Source of the DNA: a virus
Direction: 5' to 3' (one strand)
Virus record (IMG/VR): IMGVR_UViG_3300042309_001504
Coordinates: 32,001-96,000 of that record
DNA: 64,000 bases
In this document: positions 19,876 to 29,709 of the stretch, piece by piece
Layout: the number at the start of each line of letters is the position of its first letter
Position numbering within the stretch: the stretch's first letter is position 1
Notes under the pieces: generated by a model
Told to the model about the DNA's origin: nothing
The model's input: the letters and a program-made list of their open reading frames with translations, nothing else
Database searches by the model: none
Translations under genes and position numbers: made by a program

Positions 19876-21772
19876 AAACTATCTCCTATCTTTAGCGTGG
19901 AAGAAATATCCATAATTTTATCTAACATTGCTACACCCAATACATCAAACTTAATTATACCAATACTTTCTAAATCTTGCATTTCCATACCAGCAATCGG
20001 TTGTTTATTTTTAGTGTCATAAACCATAGGACAAATATTTTCTAGATCATTAGACGCTATAACAACTCCGGCAGCATGTTTTGATTGATTAGATTTAGTG
20101 CCTTCTAATCTAATAGCCTGTTCAAATCTTTTGGCAAGTGGTCCTTCTAAGGAATCATTTTCTCCTATATAACACCATTCTTTTAGATCTTTACTATTAT
20201 TTTCTAATGCCCACTGTATTATTGATGCTTCTCCATATTCTTCTTTCATTTCTTGAAGTTCATCAGCAATTTTAGCCTCGTCCGGTATAAATTTAGTAAT
20301 CTTATTCATCTCATCAAAAGATACATTTCCATATGCTCTCAAAACATCTTTTAATGCACCACGACCTTTCATCGTATTAAAAGTAATCATTTGTGATACT
20401 TTTTTGTGACCATATTTATTTTTTATATAATTTATAATATCTTCCCTTTTATTAATTGGCACATCGATATCGATATCTGGCATACTAATTCTATCCTTGG
20501 TATTTCTACCAGCATTATAAAATCTATCAAACATAAGATTATATTTAATAGGATCTATAGATGTTATTCCTAATAAATAAGAAACTAAACATCCAGCAGC
20601 ACTACCTCTTCCCGGACCCGGCAACCAGTTGTTATCTTTTACATAGTTAACAATATCGTTAACAATTAGAAAATAACTTGATAACCCGGCGCCTTGTAAA
20701 ACACCCAATTCATATTTTATTCTATCTGCATAAATATTTTCTTGCTCTTTAGTTATATTGCCAGATAGTTTTTGTTTCCATCCGTTTCTACATAATTGTC
20801 TAACATATTCATCATCCGAATCATATGATTTTGGATAATCAAATGGTGGAAGCATAGGCTTACTCATAATATCATACTCTTCACACATTGATGATGCGAA
20901 TAATGTGTTCTGGATCTCTTCTTCTGTATGAAGACTTTTCATTTCTTCAAAAGTAGGAATATGAAAATTATCAGATGTAAAAAAGCAACTCATACCAACA
21001 TCATCATCATTATCCAATTTTCTGTTAATTTCAGATAGTGTTGTTTTTAAATTATTACATAATAAAATTCTCTGATCAACAGCATCCTCTTTTCTACAAT
21101 AATGAGCATCAGGAGTACAGATTACTTTTATTCCAAATTTTTTACCAAGATCCCTAATATAAGAAGTTAGTGGTACTTGAATAGGTAAATTTTCTTGGTC
21201 TATTAGTTGAGATTCTAAAAATATATTTTCTCTACCAAAAACATCTATCAATTTATTTAGATGATTATTACTATTCTTATCACTATCTGAAGATATGTGA
21301 TCATTGTCAAGTATAGTATTAGCTAAAGATGATCCTAGATGACCAGTGATACAAAGCATATTTTTACTAATGATTGATCCTAAAGTATCTAGATCTAATC
21401 TTGGTTTCTTATAAAAATTATCTCCATAATTAGAAATAGAAATAACTTTTATCAAATCTTTCCATCCATTAAGATTTTTAGCTAGTATTAGCAAATGACT
21501 TAATTTACCATTTTCTTTGGTTTTTATAGATGCGTCTTGATCACAAACATATATTTCACAGCCTAAGATTGGTTTAATTCCTTTTTTATTCATTTCAGAA
21601 TAAAATTGTATAGCTCCAGAAATAGAACCATGATCTGTTAATGCGCAAGAAGTCGCACCTATTTCTAGACACCTATTAGCGATTTGATGTGGTTTAGACA
21701 ATCCATCCAATAACGAGTAATGAGTCGTTAGGAATGGACATGCAAAGGCACATAAGTCTTTGTCATATCCAT
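19872..21772 (-). CDS. dnaE: DNA polymerase III alpha subunit, N-terminal half (PHP + palm); 8-nt interruption at 21723-21730
   Basis: AAGGAG RBS, then MDMTKTYVPLHVHS*, resuming as HYSLLDGLSKP in another frame. ALTDHG, GCEIY, DAHY, GPGRGSAAG, MPDIDID, SKHAAG and KFDVLG present. Confidence 0.9.
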
Positions 21773-21799
21773 CTATTTGTCTCCTTTCTTTTCTTAAAA

Positions 21800-22843
21800 T
21801 TATTCAACGCTGCCCGGTGCTTTGTATGCCGATACAGTATAACCGGGAAAAGTGTATTCGTCAACAACAACATCCATTCCTTTAACATCTATATCGTGTT
21901 TAATCTGTTCACATTTGGTCATTATATTATTTTTAGCAACTGTTTGGTTGTCTCTGTATTCAGTAATGGTTGGTATATGAGTATTTTCAAAAGACGTTTT
22001 ACCAAAATGGCATAACTTATTGCACATCCATGTTTTATTGAGTCTAGGTTTAGTGGTTTTTTTAATAATTTCATATTTATCTTTTAGCATATTTTCTGTG
22101 CTTTTTAGGTCAGAATTATTAAAACATATAGAGTATGGACCACCATCATTAATAAAATAGATTGTTACAATAACATTATCTATATGAGGATATAATTGCT
22201 TTAATGCATAATGATAAATTTTAAGCTGAGGATCTTTTTCTAGCTTTTCCTGTGTCTTTTCTTGTCCTGTGGCCCAATCTAATCTACGACCAGTTTTCCA
22301 ATCTACAATTTCATATGTATTATCATCTATTTTAGTAATTAGATCTATCGTTCCCTTAATTGCTAAATTACCACTAATAGTTTCATCTTTTAATTTGAAA
22401 GAGTATTTAGACCATGGTTTTTTAATTTCTATATCAAACTTTTGTTCTGGACACACTATGATTCTATTTCTTGGATCAAACATTCCTCCATTATGAGATA
22501 TGGCCTTATATACCCAGCTATGACAATCTTTATAATCTTTAATTTCCCATGTATGATGGGAAAATTGTTTAGAATAATAATTATATACTTTTTCTATAAT
22601 AGTATTTAAATTATATTTATTAACATTAATATTACCAAGTATATCATCTTCAACAGTTTTTTCATCATTTTGAACTCCTTGTTGTATAACGGCTAGAATT
22701 TCTAAAACTTTATGAACTATCGTTCCTTTATCCGCCTTTTTATTAGACGGACCCCTCCATCCTAAAACATATTCGAAAAAATATTGCTGTTCGCACATAT
22801 TGTGCGTATTATAACTAGATGATCTAAAGTAAGTAATAATTAT
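21800..22843 (-). CDS. PD-(D/E)XK exonuclease (RecB/AddB/Cas4-like), probable ATA start
   Basis: GTIVH, E, GTIDL, IVDWKTG and QLKIY motifs. Frame extends 15 codons upstream of the first ATG to an ATA preceded by AAGGTG. Confidence 0.85.
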   Translation of the reverse strand: MIITYFRSSSYNTHNMCEQQYFFEYVLGWRGPSNKKADKGTIVHKVLEILAVIQQGVQNDEKTVEDDILGNINVNKYNLNTIIEKVYNYYSKQFSHHTWEIKDYKDCHSWVYKAISHNGGMFDPRNRIIVCPEQKFDIEIKKPWSKYSFKLKDETISGNLAIKGTIDLITKIDDNTYEIVDWKTGRRLDWATGQEKTQEKLEKDPQLKIYHYALKQLYPHIDNVIVTIYFINDGGPYSICFNNSDLKSTENMLKDKYEIIKKTTKPRLNKTWMCNKLCHFGKTSFENTHIPTITEYRDNQTVAKNNIMTKCEQIKHDIDVKGMDVVVDEYTFPGYTVSAYKAPGSVE

Positions 22844-23427
22844 GATATCACCTTATGTTGTGTGAGAAAATTGTATATTATTTTATTTTGTTCTCCAATA
22901 TTTAAATATCTATTATCAACTACAAGATCAAAATTATTCTGATTATATTTATTATCATCTAAAGCCATCTCACTTAAATGATCAGAATTGTATGGATTTC
23001 TAGTTAATTTAATAACAAGACCTCCAACTTCTTTTATTGCATCTACTTCATTAGGAAATCTACAATCAGCAATAATTGCGACAGTTGGTTTTTCTTGCTG
23101 TATTTTTCTGACAGTAGCACTAGACCATACATTCGTTTGCATCGCCCTAAACATATCTGTTCCAACCATTTGCATAACTTCTCTGGCCGTTAATTGTTTA
23201 TTATCCCAAAAACAGTTTACTAGTTCATTTTTTGATTCATCAGAACCATAACACTGATCATATGTTAATCCTAGTATATTTATACAAATATCTTGTTTTA
23301 GTGGATCAGCAAAATTATATATTTTTACATCTCCCAATAAGTTACCAGTAACTATATTGGCAACAAATTCTGAACAAGTTGTTTTGCCTGACTGTTTTCT
23401 GCCAGCGAAAGCAATAATTTTTGTCAT
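22840..23427 (-). CDS. Deoxynucleoside monophosphate kinase
   Basis: AGRKQSGKTT P-loop, FADPLK, REVMQMVGTD, DCRFPNE and HLSE motifs. Confidence 0.85.
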   Translation of the reverse strand: MTKIIAFAGRKQSGKTTCSEFVANIVTGNLLGDVKIYNFADPLKQDICINILGLTYDQCYGSDESKNELVNCFWDNKQLTAREVMQMVGTDMFRAMQTNVWSSATVRKIQQEKPTVAIIADCRFPNEVDAIKEVGGLVIKLTRNPYNSDHLSEMALDDNKYNQNNFDLVVDNRYLNIGEQNKIIYNFLTQHKVIS

Positions 23428-24599
23428 GTTATACTCTTTAAATACTCTTTAATTTGTTTGTTGATTTCATCACTTGTCATTTCGCCAATATCAGATTTAG
23501 ATATGGTTGGCGTATATATTTGATAGGTTTTTTGACATTTTTCAATAATGTTTTCTGCTGCTTTCTTACCAGCATCATCATTATCTGTTAAAATTACTAT
23601 TTTCATAGCGCCAGAACTATCTAATAGTAGTTTTTGTCTGTCGCTCATAGAAGAGCCAAAAATGGCTACGCTGTTATGTATATCGTTTTCCTCTAATCTC
23701 CATACGTTTCCAGGACTCTCTACTATAATTACAATATGGTCTTTTTTGATATATTCTTTTGAAAACCATAAATTATATAAATGATTTTGACACTTAAATC
23801 CATTACTATGTTTCCACTTGCTATATTTATAACCTTCTTCTTTGGAAGGACACGAATGGTTGTGGTCATGATGATATTTGCATTCGCCGCATTTTTCAAA
23901 TATTGAACGACCAGTACATCCAACAACATACTGCCCGGTAATGTCGTATACGGGCGCTACGACCCTATTAGACATTTCTTTATTTGGTCTGTCGCATAGA
24001 CCAACATCGTATTTAACCAGAACATCTGACGAATATCCACGATTTATGTAATATTGTGATGGTATTTTTAAATGACTACGAACAACATCTCTAGTTAAAC
24101 TAGGAACATTATCGGTATTGCTGTTATTATGTATCTTTTCTATAATTCTAGTAAAAGATTTTTTATCTTCAGTTTGATAATCAATTTTTATTTCTGCAAT
24201 ACTATTTCCTAAAAACTTTTCAGCAAAGTTTATTGCTTCATAGAAAGATGCGGTTTTATCTCCAGATTCACCCCATTTATATTTTCTATTAGAAATTATT
24301 CCTCTAATAAAACCTAAAATAGACTCCTTGAAAAATTTTTCACACCCATGAGTTCTGCATTTCCAATTACCTCTATAATTATCTCCCTCATGATAAATAT
24401 TTAATGCGGTTGGATTATCTCCACCATGAATAGGACAGGTCATAGAAATCATAGAACTATTTGTGTGTTTATAATCAATATTAAAATGAGATAATAAATC
24501 ATCTATCTTATCACATAATTGATCACAAATGATTTTTAGTTCTAATTGATTATATGAACGGTAGGGTTTCGTGGTCGTTCTCAATGTCAAATTCTTCAT
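23424..24599 (-). CDS. dnaG: DNA primase (Zn finger + TOPRIM); start uncertain
   Basis: CPIHGGDNP..WKC..HGC, VGCTGR, IIVESPGN and LTDNDDAG motifs. Confidence 0.85.
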   Translation of the reverse strand: MKNLTLRTTTKPYRSYNQLELKIICDQLCDKIDDLLSHFNIDYKHTNSSMISMTCPIHGGDNPTALNIYHEGDNYRGNWKCRTHGCEKFFKESILGFIRGIISNRKYKWGESGDKTASFYEAINFAEKFLGNSIAEIKIDYQTEDKKSFTRIIEKIHNNSNTDNVPSLTRDVVRSHLKIPSQYYINRGYSSDVLVKYDVGLCDRPNKEMSNRVVAPVYDITGQYVVGCTGRSIFEKCGECKYHHDHNHSCPSKEEGYKYSKWKHSNGFKCQNHLYNLWFSKEYIKKDHIVIIVESPGNVWRLEENDIHNSVAIFGSSMSDRQKLLLDSSGAMKIVILTDNDDAGKKAAENIIEKCQKTYQIYTPTISKSDIGEMTSDEINKQIKEYLKSIT

Positions 24600-26004
24600 C
24601 AGTATTATTAGTTCCATTAAGTAATTCTAATCTTGTTTTACCCTCAACAATTTTGGCACACCAACCCTTCATATAGCAGTTGATATAGTCATTGTCGTCC
24701 AATCCGCCGCCGTGTCTACTAATGAGTGGAACTAGTTTGCGATTACCGTTTGTTGGTCCATCTTCTGCAATTTCTTCATCACTTTTTCTTTTAAAGATTG
24801 TAAAGTTACTACACAACCAAATGATTCTATCTGAACCACTTGCTGTATCTGTACTTTCTTTTGATATTCCGTCTCTATTTAATTGTATAAAAGCCACAAC
24901 AGGAATTTTATATTGGGTAGCAAAATTATGCAATGACGTCATCATAAAACCCAATACCTGATATTCTTTCATATCCTGAGATATTCCGGCACTATCCATC
25001 AGCTTCAAATAATCATAAAAAATCACACAATCTTTGGCTGTACCATCTGGATTAAGTCCAACATCTTTAACCAGCCATCTTCTCATTATTGCTATTTGTT
25101 CTTCAAAACTTTTACCGGCAATAGATTTATAATAAAGTTTTGTTTCTAGTAAATCTTTAGCAGCTTTGGTGACTTTATTTTTAAGAGTTTCTGATTGATA
25201 AAATTTACCAGTTTCTATACTATTAATTTCTACTTCTGTCATCATAGCTAATATTCTATGAATATGGTCTTCTTTTGTCATTTCTGTATCTAAATTCAAT
25301 ACAGGAATTTTAAGCTTATTTGCTATATGAAAACCCATATTATCCGACAATAATGTTTTGCCTGTTTTTGGCCTTGCTGCTATAACATTGATTGTGCTTT
25401 TTCTTAATCCTCCACCTATAGACTGATCATATATCGGAAACCCGGTTGAAATACCAACTTGATCTATTGGATTATTTCCTAAATATTCTATATATTGATC
25501 TATTTCGTTACCAATAATTTCAGGATTATTATCTACTTGATCTATAGAATTAACAAAATTAAACACACTGTCTTCTGCTATACTAACTATACTATTTATG
25601 CTTTCTGTGCCAGAAATATTTTCTATTTTATTTTGTGCATGTTGAAGTTGTTGAGTTAGTAGTCTGGCTATTTCTAGCTTCTTAATTTTAGTCGCAAACT
25701 TCTTAACATTATTTTTTTCTACAGGAAAACTTAATATGGCTTTAAGATGTTGAATCTCGTCTTTATGAGATAAAATATGAGATAAACCAACCTCTTGAGA
25801 TGCTGATAAAATCGATGCTATATCAAGTTTGGTTTTAGGCTCTGACGATAAAATATGCTTTATACATTTATATAAATAAATATTGCTATCTATAGTAAAT
25901 GTTGACTCTGATATAATATCAGAAATTTCCACATATACTTCATCACCAAACAAACATATTCCGCTTAAAACAGCTCTTTCGGCCGCAGAGTCAGATAATA
26001 TCAT
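24550..26004 (-). CDS. dnaB: Replicative DnaB-like helicase
   Basis: GISTGF, AARPKTGKT, FYDYLKLM, QLNRDG and SRHG motifs; probable start MILSDSAAE at 26004. Confidence 0.92.
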   Translation of the reverse strand: MILSDSAAERAVLSGICLFGDEVYVEISDIISESTFTIDSNIYLYKCIKHILSSEPKTKLDIASILSASQEVGLSHILSHKDEIQHLKAILSFPVEKNNVKKFATKIKKLEIARLLTQQLQHAQNKIENISGTESINSIVSIAEDSVFNFVNSIDQVDNNPEIIGNEIDQYIEYLGNNPIDQVGISTGFPIYDQSIGGGLRKSTINVIAARPKTGKTLLSDNMGFHIANKLKIPVLNLDTEMTKEDHIHRILAMMTEVEINSIETGKFYQSETLKNKVTKAAKDLLETKLYYKSIAGKSFEEQIAIMRRWLVKDVGLNPDGTAKDCVIFYDYLKLMDSAGISQDMKEYQVLGFMMTSLHNFATQYKIPVVAFIQLNRDGISKESTDTASGSDRIIWLCSNFTIFKRKSDEEIAEDGPTNGNRKLVPLISRHGGGLDDNDYINCYMKGWCAKIVEGKTRLELLNGTNNTDEEFDIENDHETLPFI

Positions 26005-26008
26005 ATTT

Positions 26009-26359
26009 TCATCCTGCTGAAATGGAACACTTATTACACTTATATCTATCTGTTGATATAACCAACGATGGACTAACCTTATCTTGTTTACCACAAACCC
26101 TGCATTTTACAGAAACCAAATTTGTTTTTCTGGTTCTTGGCATAGGCGGTTTTTGTTGTAATCTTTGATCTATTTCTACGTCCTCTTTATGCATATTTTT
26201 TTCTGGCATATCAGAGAATTTATTATAGAAATTGCTCTTTTTAGTTTTTGTAGGGGTGGGTTCGTCCTCTACTTCAGTATTAGTTTCTGACGACTGATTG
26301 TCCAACATTAGTTGTAACATATCGATCATCTGTTGAATTTGTTTAGGAGATAGATCCAT
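26009..26359 (-). CDS. Hypothetical protein with C-terminal Zn ribbon
   Basis: CRVC...CNKC. Confidence 0.7.
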   Translation of the reverse strand: MDLSPKQIQQMIDMLQLMLDNQSSETNTEVEDEPTPTKTKKSNFYNKFSDMPEKNMHKEDVEIDQRLQQKPPMPRTRKTNLVSVKCRVCGKQDKVSPSLVISTDRYKCNKCSISAG

Positions 26360-26831
26360 GTTTTACCTTTGTTTTTAAAATGGATAAGAGAATATCAGAT
26401 AGATTTTTAATACTATTTGCTATATATTGTAATCTGTCGCTTCTTTGTTTGGCATATTTTTTGATCTTATTAAGAGCATTTGCTTTATCATTATGCTTTA
26501 TAGCCTGACTAGATTTTTCTATGTATCCATAGCCTTTATAATTATTGATATCATCGGCTATAGCTTCTTTAATATTTTCTTCTGACCAATTATATCTAGC
26601 TATTTCTCTATTAATAGATCTTTGTACATGAAAAGAAAACTGTCCAAGTCTATATGCGATTATGGAACAATCTTCTGGTGTTAACTTTTCAAGCTCATCT
26701 CTAGACATATACAAATATTTATTTAATTCTGATTCATCAAATTGATTTGGTACATAGGTACCCAAACCTAATTGATTCTCATATTCGTCTAGAACTTTAT
26801 CCCATTCACTAACTTGATCTTTGGTGTTCAT
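26343..26831 (-). CDS. Helical hypothetical protein, possible UvsY-like recombination mediator
   Basis: 162 aa with coiled-coil character, located near recA. Function is inference only. Confidence 0.35.
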   Translation of the reverse strand: MNTKDQVSEWDKVLDEYENQLGLGTYVPNQFDESELNKYLYMSRDELEKLTPEDCSIIAYRLGQFSFHVQRSINREIARYNWSEENIKEAIADDINNYKGYGYIEKSSQAIKHNDKANALNKIKKYAKQRSDRLQYIANSIKNLSDILLSILKTKVKHGSIS

Positions 26832-27229
26832 GTTTTAATAATTTCTTCCCAAGAGTCGATGTTATCATACGATAAAACTATATATTTAATATTATTATTT
26901 TCGCACCATTCTTTTTTATTCTCATCTCTTTTTTTATGTTTCATAAATCCTAATACGGAATTATGAAAAAATTTATTAAACTTAAAATGTTGTTCACCAT
27001 GAACTTCTACGCAAGTTTTTGTAAGAGGTAAATAAAAATCCATATATAGAGTTTCTGCTTTTCTTAATGGTATGGCTACTTCTTCTAAAATTTGTAGTGT
27101 AGGAAAACATTTATGTAATAGATCTCTTGCTTTAAGATGTAATGATGATTTATTTTGCATAGAACCATGGGAAATATTACCGATCAATTGCCAATGAACA
27201 GTATTATTATCTAAATCTTTTACTTGCAT
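26828..27229 (-). CDS. Vsr/DUF559-like endonuclease
   Basis: MDFYLP..CVEVHGEQHF...RDENKKEWC..NNIKYIVL. Confidence 0.75.
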   Translation of the reverse strand: MQVKDLDNNTVHWQLIGNISHGSMQNKSSLHLKARDLLHKCFPTLQILEEVAIPLRKAETLYMDFYLPLTKTCVEVHGEQHFKFNKFFHNSVLGFMKHKKRDENKKEWCENNNIKYIVLSYDNIDSWEEIIKT

Positions 27230-28239
27230 TTTAATCCCATAGTAGTTTTTATCTCATTCCATAAATCTTCGTACACTTTATTGTTATCTACTAAAAATTG
27301 TCTAGTTTTTTCTAAACCTTGAAATTTTGGTTTGTCTGGAGCACTTGTAAGAGTATACCATGCTCCGCCCTTGGATACAAGTCCCATATCAACAGCAAGA
27401 GTCAGTAATTCCATATATTTATCTATTCCTTGTCCATATCTTAAATAAGATGTTATTTTTCCTCCGGGTGGACCTAATGCTGAACATAATACTTGCCATT
27501 CGATTTCTTGTCCAATTTGAGGAGAATCGTCGGATAGATTCCATGCTTTGAAATAAGTTGCTTTTAATTTAATATCCGTTTGATATGCTATAGCCTGTCC
27601 ACTTTTTTCTTTCCATTCTACATATCCATTACCGGGATTACCCATCAAATGAGTTATACCTATAACAATATTTCTGTTCACAGGAATAACATTCGCAACT
27701 TTCCTACAAAATTTAGCTAATAATTTTGCCCCATCTGCTCTTTGCATTTTATTCATATCGCTTGTTATTTCTGCTTCTGTACACAATGCAGAATATGAGT
27801 CAATAATTAAAAGAGATCCTGGAATCTCATTAATAATTCTTTCTGCAATTTGTAAGTATTCTTCAGCATGTAATATTTTACCTGTTTGAGATCCAATCAC
27901 ATGAAATTTATCTAGATTTAATCCTGGTATTCCTTCCAAATCTCGTTTTTTCAATCGACCTTCAATATTTAGGTAGTACACATCCCTGCCATCTTTAAAA
28001 GAGCCGTAAGCATATTCTGGTTTTTGAGCATTTGCACAGAATGCTAAAGAAGTCGTGGTTTTTCCACACTTTGGTTGTCCGGTTAGAATTACGAATGATC
28101 CTTCCGGAATACCACCATTTAATACAACATCAAGAGATGGACTAATTGGTATAGTAATTAGATCTTTATCAACAACAGCATTTCCTGTTAGAATAACCTC
28201 AGAACCGAATGTTTTAGAAACATCTTCTTTAAGTCCCAT
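27220..28239 (-). CDS. recA: RecA/UvsX-like recombinase
   Basis: LDVVLNGGIPEG, Walker A GQPKCGKTT, Walker B LIIDS and KGGAWY. Confidence 0.9.
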   Translation of the reverse strand: MGLKEDVSKTFGSEVILTGNAVVDKDLITIPISPSLDVVLNGGIPEGSFVILTGQPKCGKTTTSLAFCANAQKPEYAYGSFKDGRDVYYLNIEGRLKKRDLEGIPGLNLDKFHVIGSQTGKILHAEEYLQIAERIINEIPGSLLIIDSYSALCTEAEITSDMNKMQRADGAKLLAKFCRKVANVIPVNRNIVIGITHLMGNPGNGYVEWKEKSGQAIAYQTDIKLKATYFKAWNLSDDSPQIGQEIEWQVLCSALGPPGGKITSYLRYGQGIDKYMELLTLAVDMGLVSKGGAWYTLTSAPDKPKFQGLEKTRQFLVDNNKVYEDLWNEIKTTMGLKCK

Positions 28240-28648
28240 TATCTAAGTCCCTTATTTTAGAAATAATATTTTTTGAAGTAGTAGATTGTCTAAAGTTAGT
28301 TTTTGGATTTCTGTCGATAGTTTTTGATAATTGAGTATTTTCTGATTCCAATTGCAACTTTTCGTATTCTATAATAGGCTTCAGATGGGGCGCTCTCAAT
28401 GAGTATATATTTTTAGATTTTGGATTAGATAAAGCTCTTACAACAGCTTTGTCTCCATATTGCTTAATCAACTTATTAGCCGATGCTATTTGATTTCTAA
28501 AAAATTTAGACCATTCATTATTCAGCCAAAATCTATAATGTAAATCCTTTTTTTCTATCAGAGCCTTTTTTTCACAGATTAACTCGGTAACATATTGAGC
28601 AGCAGAGACGGTTGTTTGAGAATACTTGGATGGATATTTATTTGCCAT
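28229..28648 (-). CDS. Hypothetical protein
   Basis: Probable start MANKYPSKY; basic protein. Confidence 0.65.
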   Translation of the reverse strand: MANKYPSKYSQTTVSAAQYVTELICEKKALIEKKDLHYRFWLNNEWSKFFRNQIASANKLIKQYGDKAVVRALSNPKSKNIYSLRAPHLKPIIEYEKLQLESENTQLSKTIDRNPKTNFRQSTTSKNIISKIRDLDNGT

Positions 28649-28979
28649 TTGGTCTATGAATAGAATTTTTTGCTGTACGGGAAACTGTTGGTGGTAAATT
28701 TTTCTTAAACTCATCATTAACCTGAGACGCTTCTTTTGTCATAATAGAAACAGACTTATTTCCTTTGACAGAAGTTTGTGATATCATCAAATCTTTAGAT
28801 GTAACCTTTGAGCTTTTAACATTGATATCCTTACTAGTATCTATTGATTGATTTTTTTCAACGAATCTTTTTACTGATTCAAAATCTAATTTAAGATCAT
28901 GTGATATTTCTTGTTCTGTTTTATTTTTTTCTAGCATATGCAAAATAGCATACTGTTCGATCTTGGATAATTTTTTCAT
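28638..28979 (-). CDS. Hypothetical protein with N-terminal HTH-like segment
   Basis: KTEQEISHDLKLDFESVKRFV. Confidence 0.55.
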   Translation of the reverse strand: MKKLSKIEQYAILHMLEKNKTEQEISHDLKLDFESVKRFVEKNQSIDTSKDINVKSSKVTSKDLMISQTSVKGNKSVSIMTKEASQVNDEFKKNLPPTVSRTAKNSIHRPNGK

Positions 28980-29359
28980 GTCATTTCCCTTTCTGCATTA
29001 TTTAACCATGCAATATTTTTAGATCTTAAAAAGTTTATATACATATCAAATACCTTTTGGGGTACTTGCTTAAAATCGTATTCTTTTTTTCCTGTTTTTG
29101 TTAAAAATTTTGTGTGTCTTCCTTCGCTGTATGCTCCTATGGGATTATAAATTCTCCCATAAAGACCTATCTTAATAAAATATTTAGTAGTATTTCCTAT
29201 AATCTTTTTAGCAAATACATCAGCTGTCTCTTTTTTTAGAATAGGATTACCTTCGTTATCAATAAGTTTATGTTTACCAAATATGGTATAATAAACATGA
29301 GTATCTTCAGAAACTTCATCGTTAGATACTTCTTGTTTTGGTTGATGTAAAAAAGTCAT
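28976..29359 (-). CDS. Hypothetical protein
   Basis: 127-aa ORF coupled to neighbours. Confidence 0.65.
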   Translation of the reverse strand: MTFLHQPKQEVSNDEVSEDTHVYYTIFGKHKLIDNEGNPILKKETADVFAKKIIGNTTKYFIKIGLYGRIYNPIGAYSEGRHTKFLTKTGKKEYDFKQVPQKVFDMYINFLRSKNIAWLNNAEREMT

Positions 29360-29360
29360 A

Positions 29361-29705
29361 TCATCTCCATTTTATTTTTTTAGGCTTGTTGATTCTCGAC
29401 ATTCCTTTAGGCAAAGGCTTTTGCGACTGCTCGTCCTTATAGTCATTATGTTTTTTACTTAGTTCATTTTTTTGATCGTCACTCATTCTATCTCTATTCC
29501 TATTTGCTAAATCTCCTATTGTTTTCAACTCTGAGTCGTGTTTAACAATAGATGAATTGATAGTAAGTAAATCATTTTCATAGTCTCTATCTGTCTTAGA
29601 TTTATTACATGATGGACATTTTGGATGAGCATTATAGTCTTTTATATAAGAAAATAGCTCAAAAGAATGATTACAAGAATTACAAATATATGAATATGTT
29701 GGCAT
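29361..29705 (-). CDS. FmdB-family zinc-ribbon protein
   Basis: MPTYSYICNSCNHSFE...CPSC. Confidence 0.8.
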   Translation of the reverse strand: MPTYSYICNSCNHSFELFSYIKDYNAHPKCPSCNKSKTDRDYENDLLTINSSIVKHDSELKTIGDLANRNRDRMSDDQKNELSKKHNDYKDEQSQKPLPKGMSRINKPKKIKWR

Positions 29706-29709
29706 AAAT

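Noticed and set aside
21734-22015. 93-aa plus-strand ORF over the dnaE start
   Set aside because: Antisense to the exonuclease end and dnaE leader; does not explain the interruption.
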